A stretch of DNA of 64,000 nucleotides, from the NCBI GenBank assembly GCA_951406725.2, contig OX597820.1, positions 372,001-436,000 on the forward strand, read 5' to 3'. Source of the stretch: Octopus vulgaris (Eukaryota). The translations under genes were made by a program, and so were the position numbers. Positions 1 to 12,600 of this stretch are shown here, piece by piece. The number at the start of each line of letters is the position of its first letter. Position 1 is the first letter of the stretch. Under the pieces are notes generated by a model. The model was not told the DNA's origin, did not search any database, and saw only the letters and a list, made by a program, of their open reading frames with translations.

Positions 1-399
1 AAATTTTACGCCAGCCGTTAAACTGTCAATACGTTGCTGTCCGTCGTTAAGAAATACTAGCCATGGTGACTCTACTATCCTCAGATTCTATCCCTTCAAA
101 CTTTGGTTTCCAATATTTTATTATTCTTATTCAGCTCGCAAGTTCGTCTGTCCCTTTTAAATGTTAGGGTTTTGCTGTCTGCCTTGAAGCAGACCTTTCC
201 ATTGTTACCGCCTGATATTTATGATTGATCTTTCTAAATATTTTATTTATCAACTTACTCAAGATCTTTTGTTGTTTATAAATGGGAGAGAGATAGATAA
301 AGATAGAGAGTAAGAGAAAGCGAGGGAGAGTCCGAGAGAAAGGAAGAGTAAGAGAGCGGGGAAAGTGAGAGAGAAAGGAGAGAGAAACAAAGAGGGAGA

Positions 400-774
400 A
401 TCATCATCATCATCGTTTAACGTCCGTTTTCCGTGCTAGCACGAGTTGGACAGTTTGACCGGGATCTGGGAAGCCAGGAGGCTGCACCAGGCTCCAGTCT
501 GATCTGGCAGTGTTTCTACAGGTGGATGCCCTTCCTAACGCCAACCACTCTGTGAGCGTAGTGGGTGCTTTTTCGTGCCGCCGGCACAGGTGCCAGGGGG
601 GCTGGCAGCGGCCACGATCAGTTGGTGCTTTTTACGTGCCACCGGCACAGAAGCCAGTCAAGGCAGCGCTGCAATCGGCCACGTTCGGATGGTGCTTTTT
701 ACATGCTGAAAGGAAGCAACAGAAAATAACAACCACACTCTTACCCGCGCGTAGAGCGGGTCACCTTCAGCTAG
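400..774 (+). mobile_element. 3' part of a non-autonomous Helitron carrying an RTE-tail fragment
   Basis: Hairpin CCCGC-gcgtaga-GCGGG followed by CTAG at 771-774; the 5' end was not located. Confidence 0.65.
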
Positions 775-1790
775 TCTCTATATATAAAACTGAAATGCGT
801 TTCGACCACTTGGATCGCTTTCAAGGCCACTACATCCCGTCGGATTGACTCCAAAATTTACAGGGACATGTAAAATGAGGTGACGATGCCCGTGGGCTAC
901 GTTAGAAATCCCTATCTTAAAAGGTGTTGTTGCTAGGGCCAAAAACCCACTTTGACAAGTCCACTCCCATTCTTTTACGTATCTGTCTTCCTCACTCACG
1001 CTATTTCCTCCATTCCCCTCTAACTCCCCTTCAGTTTCCCTTTATAAGTTCGTCAAACGGCGTTCTTTATCTCGCTGTCTGCATTCGTAGAGAGAATTAT
1101 CATTGCCACCAACAACACACAATCATGAGAACAAATATTATGAATCAGATATTTCTTGCGTTCATTTATATATGTGTGTGTGTGTGTTCTATATATAAAT
1201 ATGCATATATAATGTATATATACAAAGTGTACATATCTGTATTTATGTATATTAAACTTTTTAATACTTTTTGATAGTTATATATATTTTTAAACAAATT
1301 ATAAATATAATTTAATAATTATTTTAAATTTAAATAATTTAAATTTTTCAATTTTATATTTTATATATTTTATATATTATATTTTTATGTTTTTGTTTTT
1401 CACTGTTTGATTTGCCTATTAGTGGTTTTATCTCTAATTTAATTTATACATATATATATAATTTCCGTGCTAGCACGGGTTGGACAGTTTGACCGGGGTC
1501 TGGGAAGCCAGGAGGCTGCACCAGGCTCCAGTCTGATCTGGCAGTGTTTCTACAGGTGGATGCCCTTCCTAACGCCAACCACTCTGTGAGCGTAGTGGGT
1601 GCTTTTTTTGTGCCGCCAGTACAGGTGCCAGGATCGGTTGGTGCTTTTTATGTGCCACCGGCACAGAAGCCAGTCAAGGCGGCGCTGCAATCGGCCACGT
1701 TTGGATGGTGCTTTTTACATGCTGAAAGGAAGCAACAGAAAGTAACAACCACACTCTTACCCACGCGTAGAGCGGGTCACCTTCAGCTAG
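775..1790 (+). mobile_element. Non-autonomous Helitron joined head-to-tail to the previous copy
   Basis: Starts TCTCTATATATAAAA immediately after CTAG; ends with the hairpin plus CTAG|T; shares its 3' ~330 bp with 400-774. Confidence 0.7.
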
Positions 1791-1832
1791 TATACATATA
1801 TATCTATATATACATATATCTATAAATGCATA

Positions 1833-1872
<40 letters not shown>

Positions 1873-3000
1873 TATATTTATATATATATATATATATATA
1901 TACTATATATGCATATATATATCTATATATACATATACATATCTATATATACATATACATATCTATATATGCATATATATATCTATATATACATATACAT
2001 ATCTATATATGCATATATATATCTATATATACATACACACATATATGTCTATATATACATACACAAATATATATCAGTATATACATCATCATCATCATCA
2101 TCATCGTTTAACGTCCGCTATCCATGCTAGCATGGGTTGGACGGTTCAACTGGGGTCTGGCAAGCCTGAAGGCTGCACCAGGCCAGTCAGATCTGGCAGT
2201 GTTTCTACAGCTGGATGCCCTTCCTAACGCCAACCACTCCGAGAGTGTAGTGGGTGATTTTATGTGCCACCGACACAGGTGCCAGACGAGGCTGGCAGAC
2301 GGCCACGCCCGGATGGTGTTTTTTATGTGCCACCGACACAGGTGCCAGACTAGGTTGGCTGACGGCCACGCTCGGATGGTGTTTTCTTATGTGTCACCAC
2401 ACCGATACATACACAAATATATCTATCTATATATACATACACAAATATATATCTATATATACATAGACACACATATATCTATATATACATACACACACAT
2501 ATATCTATATATACATACACACATAGCTATATATAAATACACACATATCTATCTATATATACACACATATATACCTATATATACATACACATACACCTCT
2601 CTATATATTCATACATATATACATATTTATATTACATGTATAAATCTACAAATATATATAGATATATATTATACATACACACACACAAATATACAAACAT
2701 ACATATATTATACTTACAAAAATACATCTCTCTCTCTCTCTTTATATATATATATATATATATATAAAGAGAGAGAGAGAGAGAGATATATCTCACACAC
2801 ACATATAGGTAAAATGTAAAAAATTTTCTCATATAAATATATTATATATACACACACACAAATACATTGTTATATAAACATATACTGTTAATGTACACAC
2901 ATACACTTATATATACACATACACTTATATATACACATACAATACTGTTTGCTTTGTGCGTGAGTAGAGAGAGAGAGATATCTCCATACATACATACATA
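1791..3000. repeat. AT/AC-rich low-complexity microsatellite field with an embedded RTE-tail repeat (2084-2400)
   Basis: (TA)n, (TATACA)n, (CAT)n tail and RTE 3' UTR motif. Confidence 0.85.
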
Positions 3001-3361
3001 TTACATTAACAATGTATTTCTGTAGACAGGCAGTATTGTTAATGCCCAACAATATACACTTGATCTGGTTTGTGTATACAAAGATATATGTGTGCGTGTT
3101 AATTGGAAACGAACGTAAATTCTAAAATATTAGCGAATTTAAAATAATAAAATGCGATCTATAGACATCAAAATGAAAGAATCTCTGGTAAGTGGAAATG
3201 AATAAATTGGTAGGTGAGAACAAGTGAGGTTCTTGTCTTTTACAAGATAATTCTTTTCTTTTTTTTTTTCCTGTCTATGACGAGGGTTCTTCAACTGAAG
3301 GAAGAATATTGGTGAGATACACTCAAAATTATATTTAACACTTCAACACTGGAATACTTAC

Positions 3362-3406
3362 CTCCAGGCGCAGGTTAGCAGCCAATTCTGGGTAATCCTC
3401 GGCCAT
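3362..3406 (-). CDS. Putative first coding exon of an unidentified gene (MAEDYPELAANLRLE)
   Basis: Kozak-like aagtcATGG, in-frame stop upstream, strong GAG|GTAAGT donor, embedded in non-repetitive sequence. Confidence 0.45.
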
Positions 3407-4032
3407 GACTTCTTGCCACAATCGTTCATTCCAACCAGAATTTCAGTCAAAGATCCGTTTTCATCAAAGACTCTTCACAGGCGACTCTTATACGAAAATA
3501 TGGTTAAACCTTACAGATTCCTTCTACCTTTCTTCGTAAATTTCGCATATTTATTAAGAAACTTTAATTAAAAGCCTTAAAAATATAACATTGGAAAATT
3601 CAAAGTTTTATGGTCAATTATTATTATTATTATTGTTTATAAACGAAGGAAGTTGGTCTTTGTTGTCCTCTCTCATTTCTCTCTCTTCCCCTCTCACCCT
3701 CTCTCTAACACTTTCTTACTCTGTCACTTTCTCTCTCTTATCCCTCCCTCTGTCTAACTCTTATCCCTCCCCATCACTGCCTCCTCCTCTCTCTCCATCT
3801 CGCCTTCCCCCCTTTCTCTCTCTCTGTTAACCTTTCACTGAATGGACATTTATGATGCGTGTTTTAAAGACATGCAGATAAGTGTCATTTATATGCACCA
3901 ACAAATACCTACATACACACCTATGTATGTTTGTATGTATATATCATATATACAGTTATTTACTTTGTGTGTGTGCTAATATAATTATCTAATTCTGTAT
4001 ACATATCTACTATGTATATGTGTGTTTGTATG

Positions 4033-4064
<32 letters not shown>

Positions 4065-4564
4065 ATATAGATGTTTATATGTGTGTATGTATGTATGCAT
4101 ACACATATAAACATACACACACACACACACACGCACATACGTGAAGGCGCGGGGTCTTGCGGCGGCGGCGGCGGGGTGTGTGCGGTGGATATTGAGCTCA
4201 TGTCACCCCGTTTCGCTTTATTACACATTGCTCTCATCTATTCAGCTCCAGTGAATATCAGCTGGGCGCTGATTCAGTTCTCTCTCCTCCAGATGTCACA
4301 TGCTGGACATTGTAGAGGGTCAAGGGTGAATGGCTGAGTGGGTAGGTGTGTCTACTCGCGACTGCGTTAGGGAACTCAAGCAATTAGAGAATGCAGCCAC
4401 CAGCGCACCGAGTCGCATTCGGTCGTCAATGACGGCCTATATGCATATTTACTCCCTCACATACATACATGTACGCGTGCACACGTATACGTACATATAC
4501 ATGTATCGTTATATTTATGTGTATAATATACACATGTATATGTATATAAATATATGTGAATATG

Positions 4565-4623
<59 letters not shown>

Positions 4624-5367
4624 AATATATTGACATATTTAATGTCATAAATAAATATATATGTATAGATGTGTATGTGTGCATGTAAAAAGTGTAAAAA
4701 GCTCATAACACACAAAATATCTCGTACATCTCTACACATTTCTTTTTTTTTTTTTTTTGCATAATAAAATACGTTGATACGGCTTTAAATTAAGTAACCA
4801 ATGCGACATTCACCTTCACCTTTCCATCATCTTCAATGTCTGTGACAAATTAACATTCCTGCTGAGGACACCCAATCAATACCAAGTGTTCTATCATCAA
4901 TTGCCACCTGCAATCATTAATGATTCCATTCAGAATAACTGGATATGTTTTCCCACTTTCTTCTTTCATTAAATATTTATTTATATCTAAAATGTAGTTA
5001 TGGTGTAAGAAAATGTTATTTTTTATATTTATTTAATACCTTTATTTTCACCGTGTTTAAGTTTAGAATATGTAATACCTTGCTAAACCAAGAAGAAGAA
5101 AAACAAAGAAGCAATTTGTTTCTACATAAAATATACCCGGCATGCTAAACAAGCTTCTCCGACCATTGTATTTTCAGGAGTATGAAAATAATAGTAACTC
5201 GAATTTAAATCCCGTGTGTATTAAATCAGATTTATCTATCACTGGATGGACTAATTTTTCTTTTTCTTTCTTTTTTTTGTTAATCTCACCGATAACAGAA
5301 CAGTACATCATATATAAAACCGATGAAGGAAACGGAAAACAGATTTAGCACTAGTCTTTATTATATA

Positions 5368-6788
5368 CTAGCAGTATCGCCCGGCGTTGCTCGGGTTTGT
5401 AAGGGAAATAACTATACAAGCATTTTTAGAGAGTTATAGCCAAAAAATGATGGTAAATTGTTTTTTAAATCGTTGACTCATCGTAGACATTTTTAGAGAG
5501 TTACTTCCCTTATATAATAGCGAAAAAAATGCATTAAAATGGAAAAAATTATGGTAATTTTTTTTTAAATCGTAGACTCATCGTAGACGCGCGCTAATAC
5601 CCACAAGGGCTCGATATGAGTCACGACTATAAGATACCCGGTTTTGGTTAAACTGCACTGCAAAATGTGAGAGTAGTTAGGAATCTAAATCGTAGGAGAC
5701 AGACACACAACCTTACTTTTATATATAAAGACTAGCAGTATCGCCCGGCGTTGCTCGGGTTTGTAAGGGAAATAACTATATAAGCGTTTTTGGAGAGTTA
5801 TAGCCAAAATATAGCAAAAAAATGCATTAAAAATGGAAAAAAATGATGGTAAATTTTTTTTAAATCGTTGACTCATCGTAGACATTTTTAGAGAGTTACT
5901 TCCCTTATATAATAGCGAAAAAATGCATTAAAATGGAAAAAAAATGATGGTAATTTTTTTTTTTAATCGTAGACGCGCGCTAATACCCAGAAGGGCTCGA
6001 TATGAATCACGACTATGAGATACCCGGTTTTGGTTAAACTGCACCGCAAAATGTGAGAGTAGTTAGGAATCTAAATCGTAGGAGACAGACACACAACCTT
6101 ACTTTTATATATAAAGACTAGCAGTATCGCCCGGCGTTGCTCGGGTTTGTAAGGGAAATAACTATATAAGCATTTTTAGAGAGTTATAGCCAAAATATGC
6201 ATTAAAAATGGAAAAAAATGATGGTAATTTTTTTTTTTAATCGTAGACTCATCGTAGACGCGCGCTAATACCCACAAGGGCTCGATATGAGCCACGACTA
6301 TAAGATACCCGGTTTTGGTTAAACTGCACCGCAAAATGTGAGAGTAGTTAGGAATCTAAATCGTAGGAGACAGTCACACAACTTTACTTTTATATATAAA
6401 GACTAGCAGTATCGCCCGGCGTTGCTCGGGTTTGTAAAGGAAATAACTATATAAGCATTTTTGGAGAGTTATAGCAAAAAAATAGCAAAAAAATGCATTA
6501 AAAATGGAAAAAAATGATGGTAAATTTTTTTTAAATCGTTGACTCATCGTAGACATTTTTAGAGAGTTACTTCCCTTATATAATAGCGAAAAAATGCATT
6601 AAAATGGGAAAAAAATGATGGTAAATTTTTTTTTTAATCGTAGACGCGCGCTAATACCCAGAAGGGCTCGCTATGAATCACGACTATAAGATACCCGGTT
6701 TTGGTTAAACTGCACCGCAAAATGTGAGAGTAGTTAGGAATCTAAATCGTAGGAGACAGTCACACAACCTTACTTTTATATATAAAGA
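5368..6788 (-). mobile_element. Tandem array of four non-autonomous Helitrons (5368-5731, 5732-6117, 6118-6402, 6403-6788)
   Basis: Each unit on - reads TCTTTATATATAAAAG...CCCGAGCAACGCCGGG...CTAG; junctions are CTAG|TC; the array sits between A and T with no TSD. Confidence 0.85.
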
Positions 6789-6848
6789 TTACGGAGATGT
6801 ACTTGCATAGCAAGTAATTTGATCTGAGATCGTGTGCTGAAACGAAAA

Positions 6849-7009
6849 CAATTGCAGCGTGGAAGGTGTTTGTAAACCATTTAAGAAACACACAAAAGCC
6901 GTTCGATTCACTTCAACATTTTGACAAATTAAACTTAAATGTTGAAGTGAATGGAACGGCTTTTGTGTGTTTCTTAAATGGCTTACAAACACCTTCCACG
7001 CTGTAATTG
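6849..7009. repeat. Near-perfect inverted repeat, ~73-bp arms, 15-bp spacer
   Basis: caattgcagcgtggaaggtg...caacattt / aaatgttg...ccacgctgtaattg. Confidence 0.9.
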
Positions 7010-7149
7010 CTTTATTATATATTTTTTTTATTTATTATTATTATTATTATTATCTCAACTAGCACTGCGGAATTCCTGGCATAGATCCAGAGGAAATATA
7101 TCCCAACCGTGGATGACACCAGGTAGCCCAAAATGAATGTATCTATAAT

Positions 7150-7286
7150 AATGTATCCATAATAATGCAGATATAATTTCCTGATATATGAGGAGAAGAT
7201 GTTGATCACATATCTATTCGTTTCACAAGACCAACGTCTTCTCCTCATATATCAGGAAATTATATCTGCATTATTATGGATACATT
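7150..7286. repeat. Near-perfect inverted repeat, ~55-bp arms
   Basis: aatgtatccataataatgcagatataatttcctgatatatgaggagaaga versus its reverse complement. Confidence 0.9.
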
Positions 7287-7526
7287 CATCTTCTCTGAGA
7301 ATAAAATCTCTCCTCATATCTCCGGGAATTACACCTGCATTATTATGGATGGATTTGCCTTTTCTGTGAAGCTAACAAACTTTTTTAAAAACCTTTTATA
7401 AAACTATACATCATTAGAAAACATTTTAAGTCTGCTTACAATCTAACTTTTGCTTTTCATAGAACTCTCTTCGATACTTCATGAGTGTAGCCTCACCCCC
7501 TAGGATGTTTAGAAAACTCATATGTG

Positions 7527-7617
7527 TTTTGGCTGATGAATACGGGACACTTGTATTTGCTGCAATTTTTGCAGCTTTTAATAAATCTGTTCTTCGTATG
7601 AAACAATTGTACTGAAC
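7527..7617 (+). ncRNA. Type I minimal hammerhead ribozyme motif (Penelope-like repeat)
   Basis: CUGAUGA (7533), stem II AUACG/CGUAU, GAAAC-AAUU-GUA cleavage site, weak stem I; a diverged relative lies at ~20362-20452. Confidence 0.65.
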
Positions 7618-7647
7618 AACTAATCCATTCTTGTTGCTTTTTTTTTT

Positions 7648-7693
<46 letters not shown>

Positions 7694-7721
7694 AATATAT
7701 ATAATGGAATATATATATATA

Positions 7722-8254
7722 TCGATTATTGGGATCGCCTTAAAGCCTTGAAACTTTACTCCCTCCAGCGTCGCCGTGAGCGGTACATCATTTGTACGAT
7801 GTGGAAAATATACCGCCAACTTTGCCCAAACGACCTAAACATTAGCTTCAAGGTTCATCCGAGACTTGGACCACGGGCTATACGTCCCCTGCCAAATTCA
7901 AGATCACAACATACATGTACACTGCAACATAATTTCTTTTCCTCAACAGGCCCTGCCCTATTTAACATCGTCCCGAGGGAGATCTAAGAGGAAAAGGATC
8001 CCATCAACTTCAAACAGAGCCTGGATAGATTCCTTCAAAGAATACCAGATAAGCCACCCATAATTGGATACAACTCACCCAACAAGAACTCACTACTTGA
8101 ACAAAACTGGATACAACTCACCCAACAAGAACTCACTACTTGAACAAAACTTGACTTAAACAGGATTCGAATAATCCTATCAGGTGGTGCTATTAAGTTA
8201 GACATGGCCTGGACCAATCTCTGGTCGAAACATATCTAAGTTTTATCTAAGTTT
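7722..8254 (+). mobile_element. CR1/L2-type LINE 3' fragment
   Basis: YWDRLKALKLYSLQRRRERY C-terminal motif, in-frame stop, tail atctaagtttt repeats. Confidence 0.8.
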
Positions 8255-8259
8255 ATATG

Positions 8260-9410
8260 TCTGTGTGTGTGTGGATTAAGTATTTCCTAACAAACAGGAC
8301 CCAGCATGTTGTGGTTGATGGCATCCACTCAAGTCCAGCAAAAGTCATCAGCGGAGTCCCGCAGGGTCCACTTCTTTTTATTGTCTATATGAATGACATT
8401 GCAGATTTCATTGAACATAGCACCATTAAAATATTCGCAGATGACTTAAAGCTTCGAAAAGCCATTAAGGGAGTATGTGATTGAACGATGCTTCAATCGG
8501 ACCTATGCGCATTAACTCAAAGGGCACAAAAAAAAAACAATATGTAGCTGAACAAAGAAAAATTTGAGCTCATCCACTTTGGAAAAGAGGGCACACTCAA
8601 ACAACGATATACACTACGGCCGAGAAACCTACTTGAACCGTCGGATAATATCAGAGACTTAGTTGTAACTGTCGACAGCAATTTCAGCTGGAGTGAGCAC
8701 ATCAACAAAAAAGTCGATGTTGCCCGCAGAATGTGCCCATGGATCTTCAGAACTTTTCAATCTAGGGATCATGAAATCATCGTCCTTCTCTTCTCCACAT
8801 TCGCTAGGCCTCACCTCTAATACTGTTGCCCATTGTGGTCCCCTTAAAAAGAAAAAGATATAATGAGGATCCAAGCGTCACAAAGATCAATAACTAAAAC
8901 AATAATAAATGGCATAACGGGACTTTGTTATTGGGCTCGACTTAAACAGCTGAAACTCTATTCTCTGCAACGCCGCCGTCAGCGATACATTATTCGCACC
9001 ATGTGGAAGATATTCCACTAATATTATCAAAATGATATCGGTATAATGTTTACAATTCACACAAGACAAGGCCTTCGTGCAATACGTCCCCTACAAAGGT
9101 GGAGATCACATCACCTAAGAACATTGCGACACAATTTCTTCACTGCAAATGGTTCTGCTCTTTTCAGTGTCATCTTGAAAGAAATTAAAGTAGAAAAAGA
9201 CCTCACAACTGTCAAACGGTATCTGGAAAAATTCCTCCGGGAAATACCGAATAAACCACCTACACCTGGGTACGTCTCAGCCAACAACAACTCTCTGCTT
9301 GAGTGGCCCATGGTATCCCGAAATAATTGATTAAAAGACTTTTCCAGGGGATGCTATTGAGTTAGTCATGACCTGGGCCGATAATGGCCGAAACCAATCT
9401 AAGTTAGATA
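8260..9410 (+). mobile_element. Degenerate CR1/L2-type LINE (RT to 3' end)
   Basis: SGVPQG and IFADD RT motifs with stops and frameshifts, LKLYSLQRRR motif, 3' end homologous to 7722-8254. Confidence 0.85.
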
Positions 9411-9661
9411 TCAGATACTGCTTCATGCAAACTATACAACTCAAATATATACAATATGATATATAATATAATGGACCCTCCCGTCGTTAGACGGCGGCGT
9501 ATGAGGATTCGACAATTTCTTACATTACAACCACACAGATGATTCGTTTATAGTGATCAAATGTTTGTATTCACATAAGCTGATGCCCTCCATCAAATCG
9601 ACTTTACTTGTACAGGTGCAACGGGTGTCACATGCCACATGTCAGATGACGACATGATCGC

Positions 9662-12600
9662 TGTTATGCATTGTTCGTTCTCGATGGACTGATAGACAAC
9701 TCAATGAAGGCATTGTTATTGTTTTACGTGTTTATTTACCTTTTCTTGTTACACGAACTGTCAACATTCAGCGTAGTAATACCTATATACTTTAGACACA
9801 GTTCGTACTGTTTACTAACAAAATAGTGCCAAAAGTGGGGATGTATTCTACACATGTATACCCACGTATACGCATAGTTATGAATGTGTAACATCCCTTC
9901 TTGGAAAACATAAAGGGGTCTTTTGGCAGTGAAGACAAATATAAGTAGTCTCCCTAACTCTAATGGATTGTCAGCGCAAGGTGGCAATCCTGCAGCAGAA
10001 ACCGTGAGATTATTCTGCCTACTCACGTGGTTTTTCTGCTTTGTAATCTAGCAGAATTAGTAATTTATCTTTTCATTTTCTTTTTTTTTTTTCTTTAACG
10101 GTATCGAACCGGTGGCAGAATGTTCGAACTCCATTTGGTGGATCTTGTGCTTCGCACTGGTGTCTGAGGTGTGTTGTTGGGCTGCTGATGGGTGGTTTGT
10201 GCCCGTTGGGGTGATGATTCTGTGGGTGTTGTCACTGATGCAGCAGGTGTTGTACACGTTGTCTGCTGATGGGTGGTTGGTACCCGTTGGGGTGATGATT
10301 CTGTGGGTGTTGTACACGTTGTCCTTGACACCTTTGGTGTTGGGTGGATGTGGGCCCTGTTGCGTCTCAGCTGCCTACCAGATTCCGTTTCTATTATATA
10401 CGATCTTGGAGTTTCAGCTCTACTGACAACCTGTGCTGGGATCCATGTTTTAGTTATGGCATCTTGAGTATGCACATGTTGTCCTCCAAGTATCTCAGGT
10501 AAGTATTGTGCATGTTTGTTGTAATATTTCTGTGATTGTTCTTGAGTGGCTGCTAGCTTTGCCCTTGTCTCTTCCTGGTCAGTAGGAGGTTGGATCTTAC
10601 TTGGCAGGGTAGTTTTGTACTTCCTGCCATTCAGCAATTCTGCTGGGGATTTCATGTCAGCTCTCAGTGGTGTCGCTCGTAGGGACAGAAGTGCCAGGCG
10701 TGGGTCTTCCTTAGTCTCTCGGCATTTGACTAGTGTTCTCTTCACTGTCTGCACCTGTCTTTCTATAAATCCATGACCTTTGGGGTAGTGTGGAGATGAG
10801 GTTGTAATATTGAACCCATACTCATCGGCTAGCTTTTTGAATTCTTGCGATGTGAACTGGGTTCCGTTGTCACATATGATCTGCTCTGGTATTCCTTGCT
10901 CTGCTAGAAGTCCTCGATCCACTGTAGTGATTGTTTTGGCTCTCAGGTCCTTCACTTTTCTCACAAATGGAATTTGGAGTAGTAGCAGGCCATTATCAAA
11001 TACCATTCTTGGATCTCTGTGAACAGATCTGCTCCAATAGTTTGCCATGGCCTTCTTGGGATGTCACTAGATATCATTTCCTCCTTTTGTTGTGAGTTTC
11101 TGTACTTCTGACAGATGTGGCATGTAGAAACTGTCTTCTCTATGTCTTTGTACATGCTTACCCAATATACTGCTGACTTGACTCGGAGCTTGCATTTCTC
11201 CATTCCGAGATGCCCTTGGTGGATCTTGTCAAGAATCTCTTTTTGCATTGACTTGGGTATAATTATTCGGGATCCAGCCATCAGGATTCCATTCTCCACT
11301 GATATATCATCATGGATGGCCAAATATTCACGAATGAGGGGCTGCACCTGACGTCTCTTTTCTGGCCACCCCTGAATCACCATCTGAGTAAGGAGCTGGA
11401 GTTCTTCATCTTTGCTGGTCTCCTCTTTGACTTCTGCTAGCTTTGTAGTTGTTACATTTACAATGTGGTGGACCTTTATGCTTAGTCCTTCCATCTCCTG
11501 TTTATCATGTGAGGATAGTCTGGAAAGAGCATCCGCCAATATCAGGTCTTTTCCTGGCTTGAACCTGATATCGTAGTCGTATGTTTGAAGCCTTAACAGT
11601 AATCTTTGCAGTCTGGCTGGTGCTTTCGTGAGGTTTTTTCTATGTATTTGTTCTAGCGGGCGATGGTCTGTTTTAATATTGAAGTGTCTGCCATACAGGT
11701 ATGTATGGAACTTTTCCCATCCATATACTACTGCCAATAGTTCCCTTTCAATATTTGCGTACCTTGTCTCTGTGGGTGAGAGAGCTTTCGAGGCATATAC
11801 AATGGGTTTACCTTCCTGTATCAGTGCTGCGCCAACTCCTCTCATAGAAGCATCGACTTGCAGTGTTACTGGTTTGCGTCTGTCATAGTACTGCAGAGTT
11901 GTCTCCTTACTGATGAGCTTTTTGATTGCTTCGAAATCCTGTGTGTGTGAAGCACACCAATCAAACTCTACGTCATCTTTGTTTAGTTCTCGGAGATTTG
12001 CAGTGTGATCAGCCAGCTTAGGTATGAAGGCTCCCATGTAGTGGATGAGTCCCAGGAAGCTCCTGAGTTCCTTGTCTTTGGGTTCTTTAATGTCTCTGAT
12101 GGCTTCCACTTTAGCGGGGTCTGGTTTCACTCCCTCTGCAGAGTATATAATTCCAAAGAATTTGCACTCCTTTGCTTTTACCACACACTTGTTTGCATTG
12201 AGTTTGATGCCTGCTTGTCGGGTTTTCTCCATAGCTTCATGTAAATTCAAGTCATGTGTGGTCTCATCCTTGCCATGCACTTGGATGTCATCTGCTATTC
12301 CGATTGCTCCCTTGCAGCCTTGGTAGGTCTCATCTATTTGACACTGGAAAAGATCTTGGCTCACCTTCAATCCAAATGGGAGTCGGTTGAATCGATATCT
12401 GCCAAATGGTGTGTTGAAGGTAGTGAGCATGGATGACTCTTTGTCTATCTTTACATTCCAGTACCCATTACTGGCATCCAGTTTGCTGAATAATTTAGAT
12501 CCAGCCAATGATGGTGTGATTTCTTCAAGGGTTGGAATTGGATGGTGCTCTCTTTTTAATGCCTTGTTCAGGTCCCTTGGATCGAGGCATATCCGTAGGG

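Noticed and set aside
510-848. Recurrent '[12 protein letters not shown]' ORFs (also 1544, 2124, 34173, 40083, 46594, 62913)
   Set aside because: Antisense reading of the non-coding RTE 3' UTR repeat
1826-4739. Numerous YI/HT/CV-rich ORFs (also around 19029-20799)
   Set aside because: They are translations of TA/CA microsatellites, not genes
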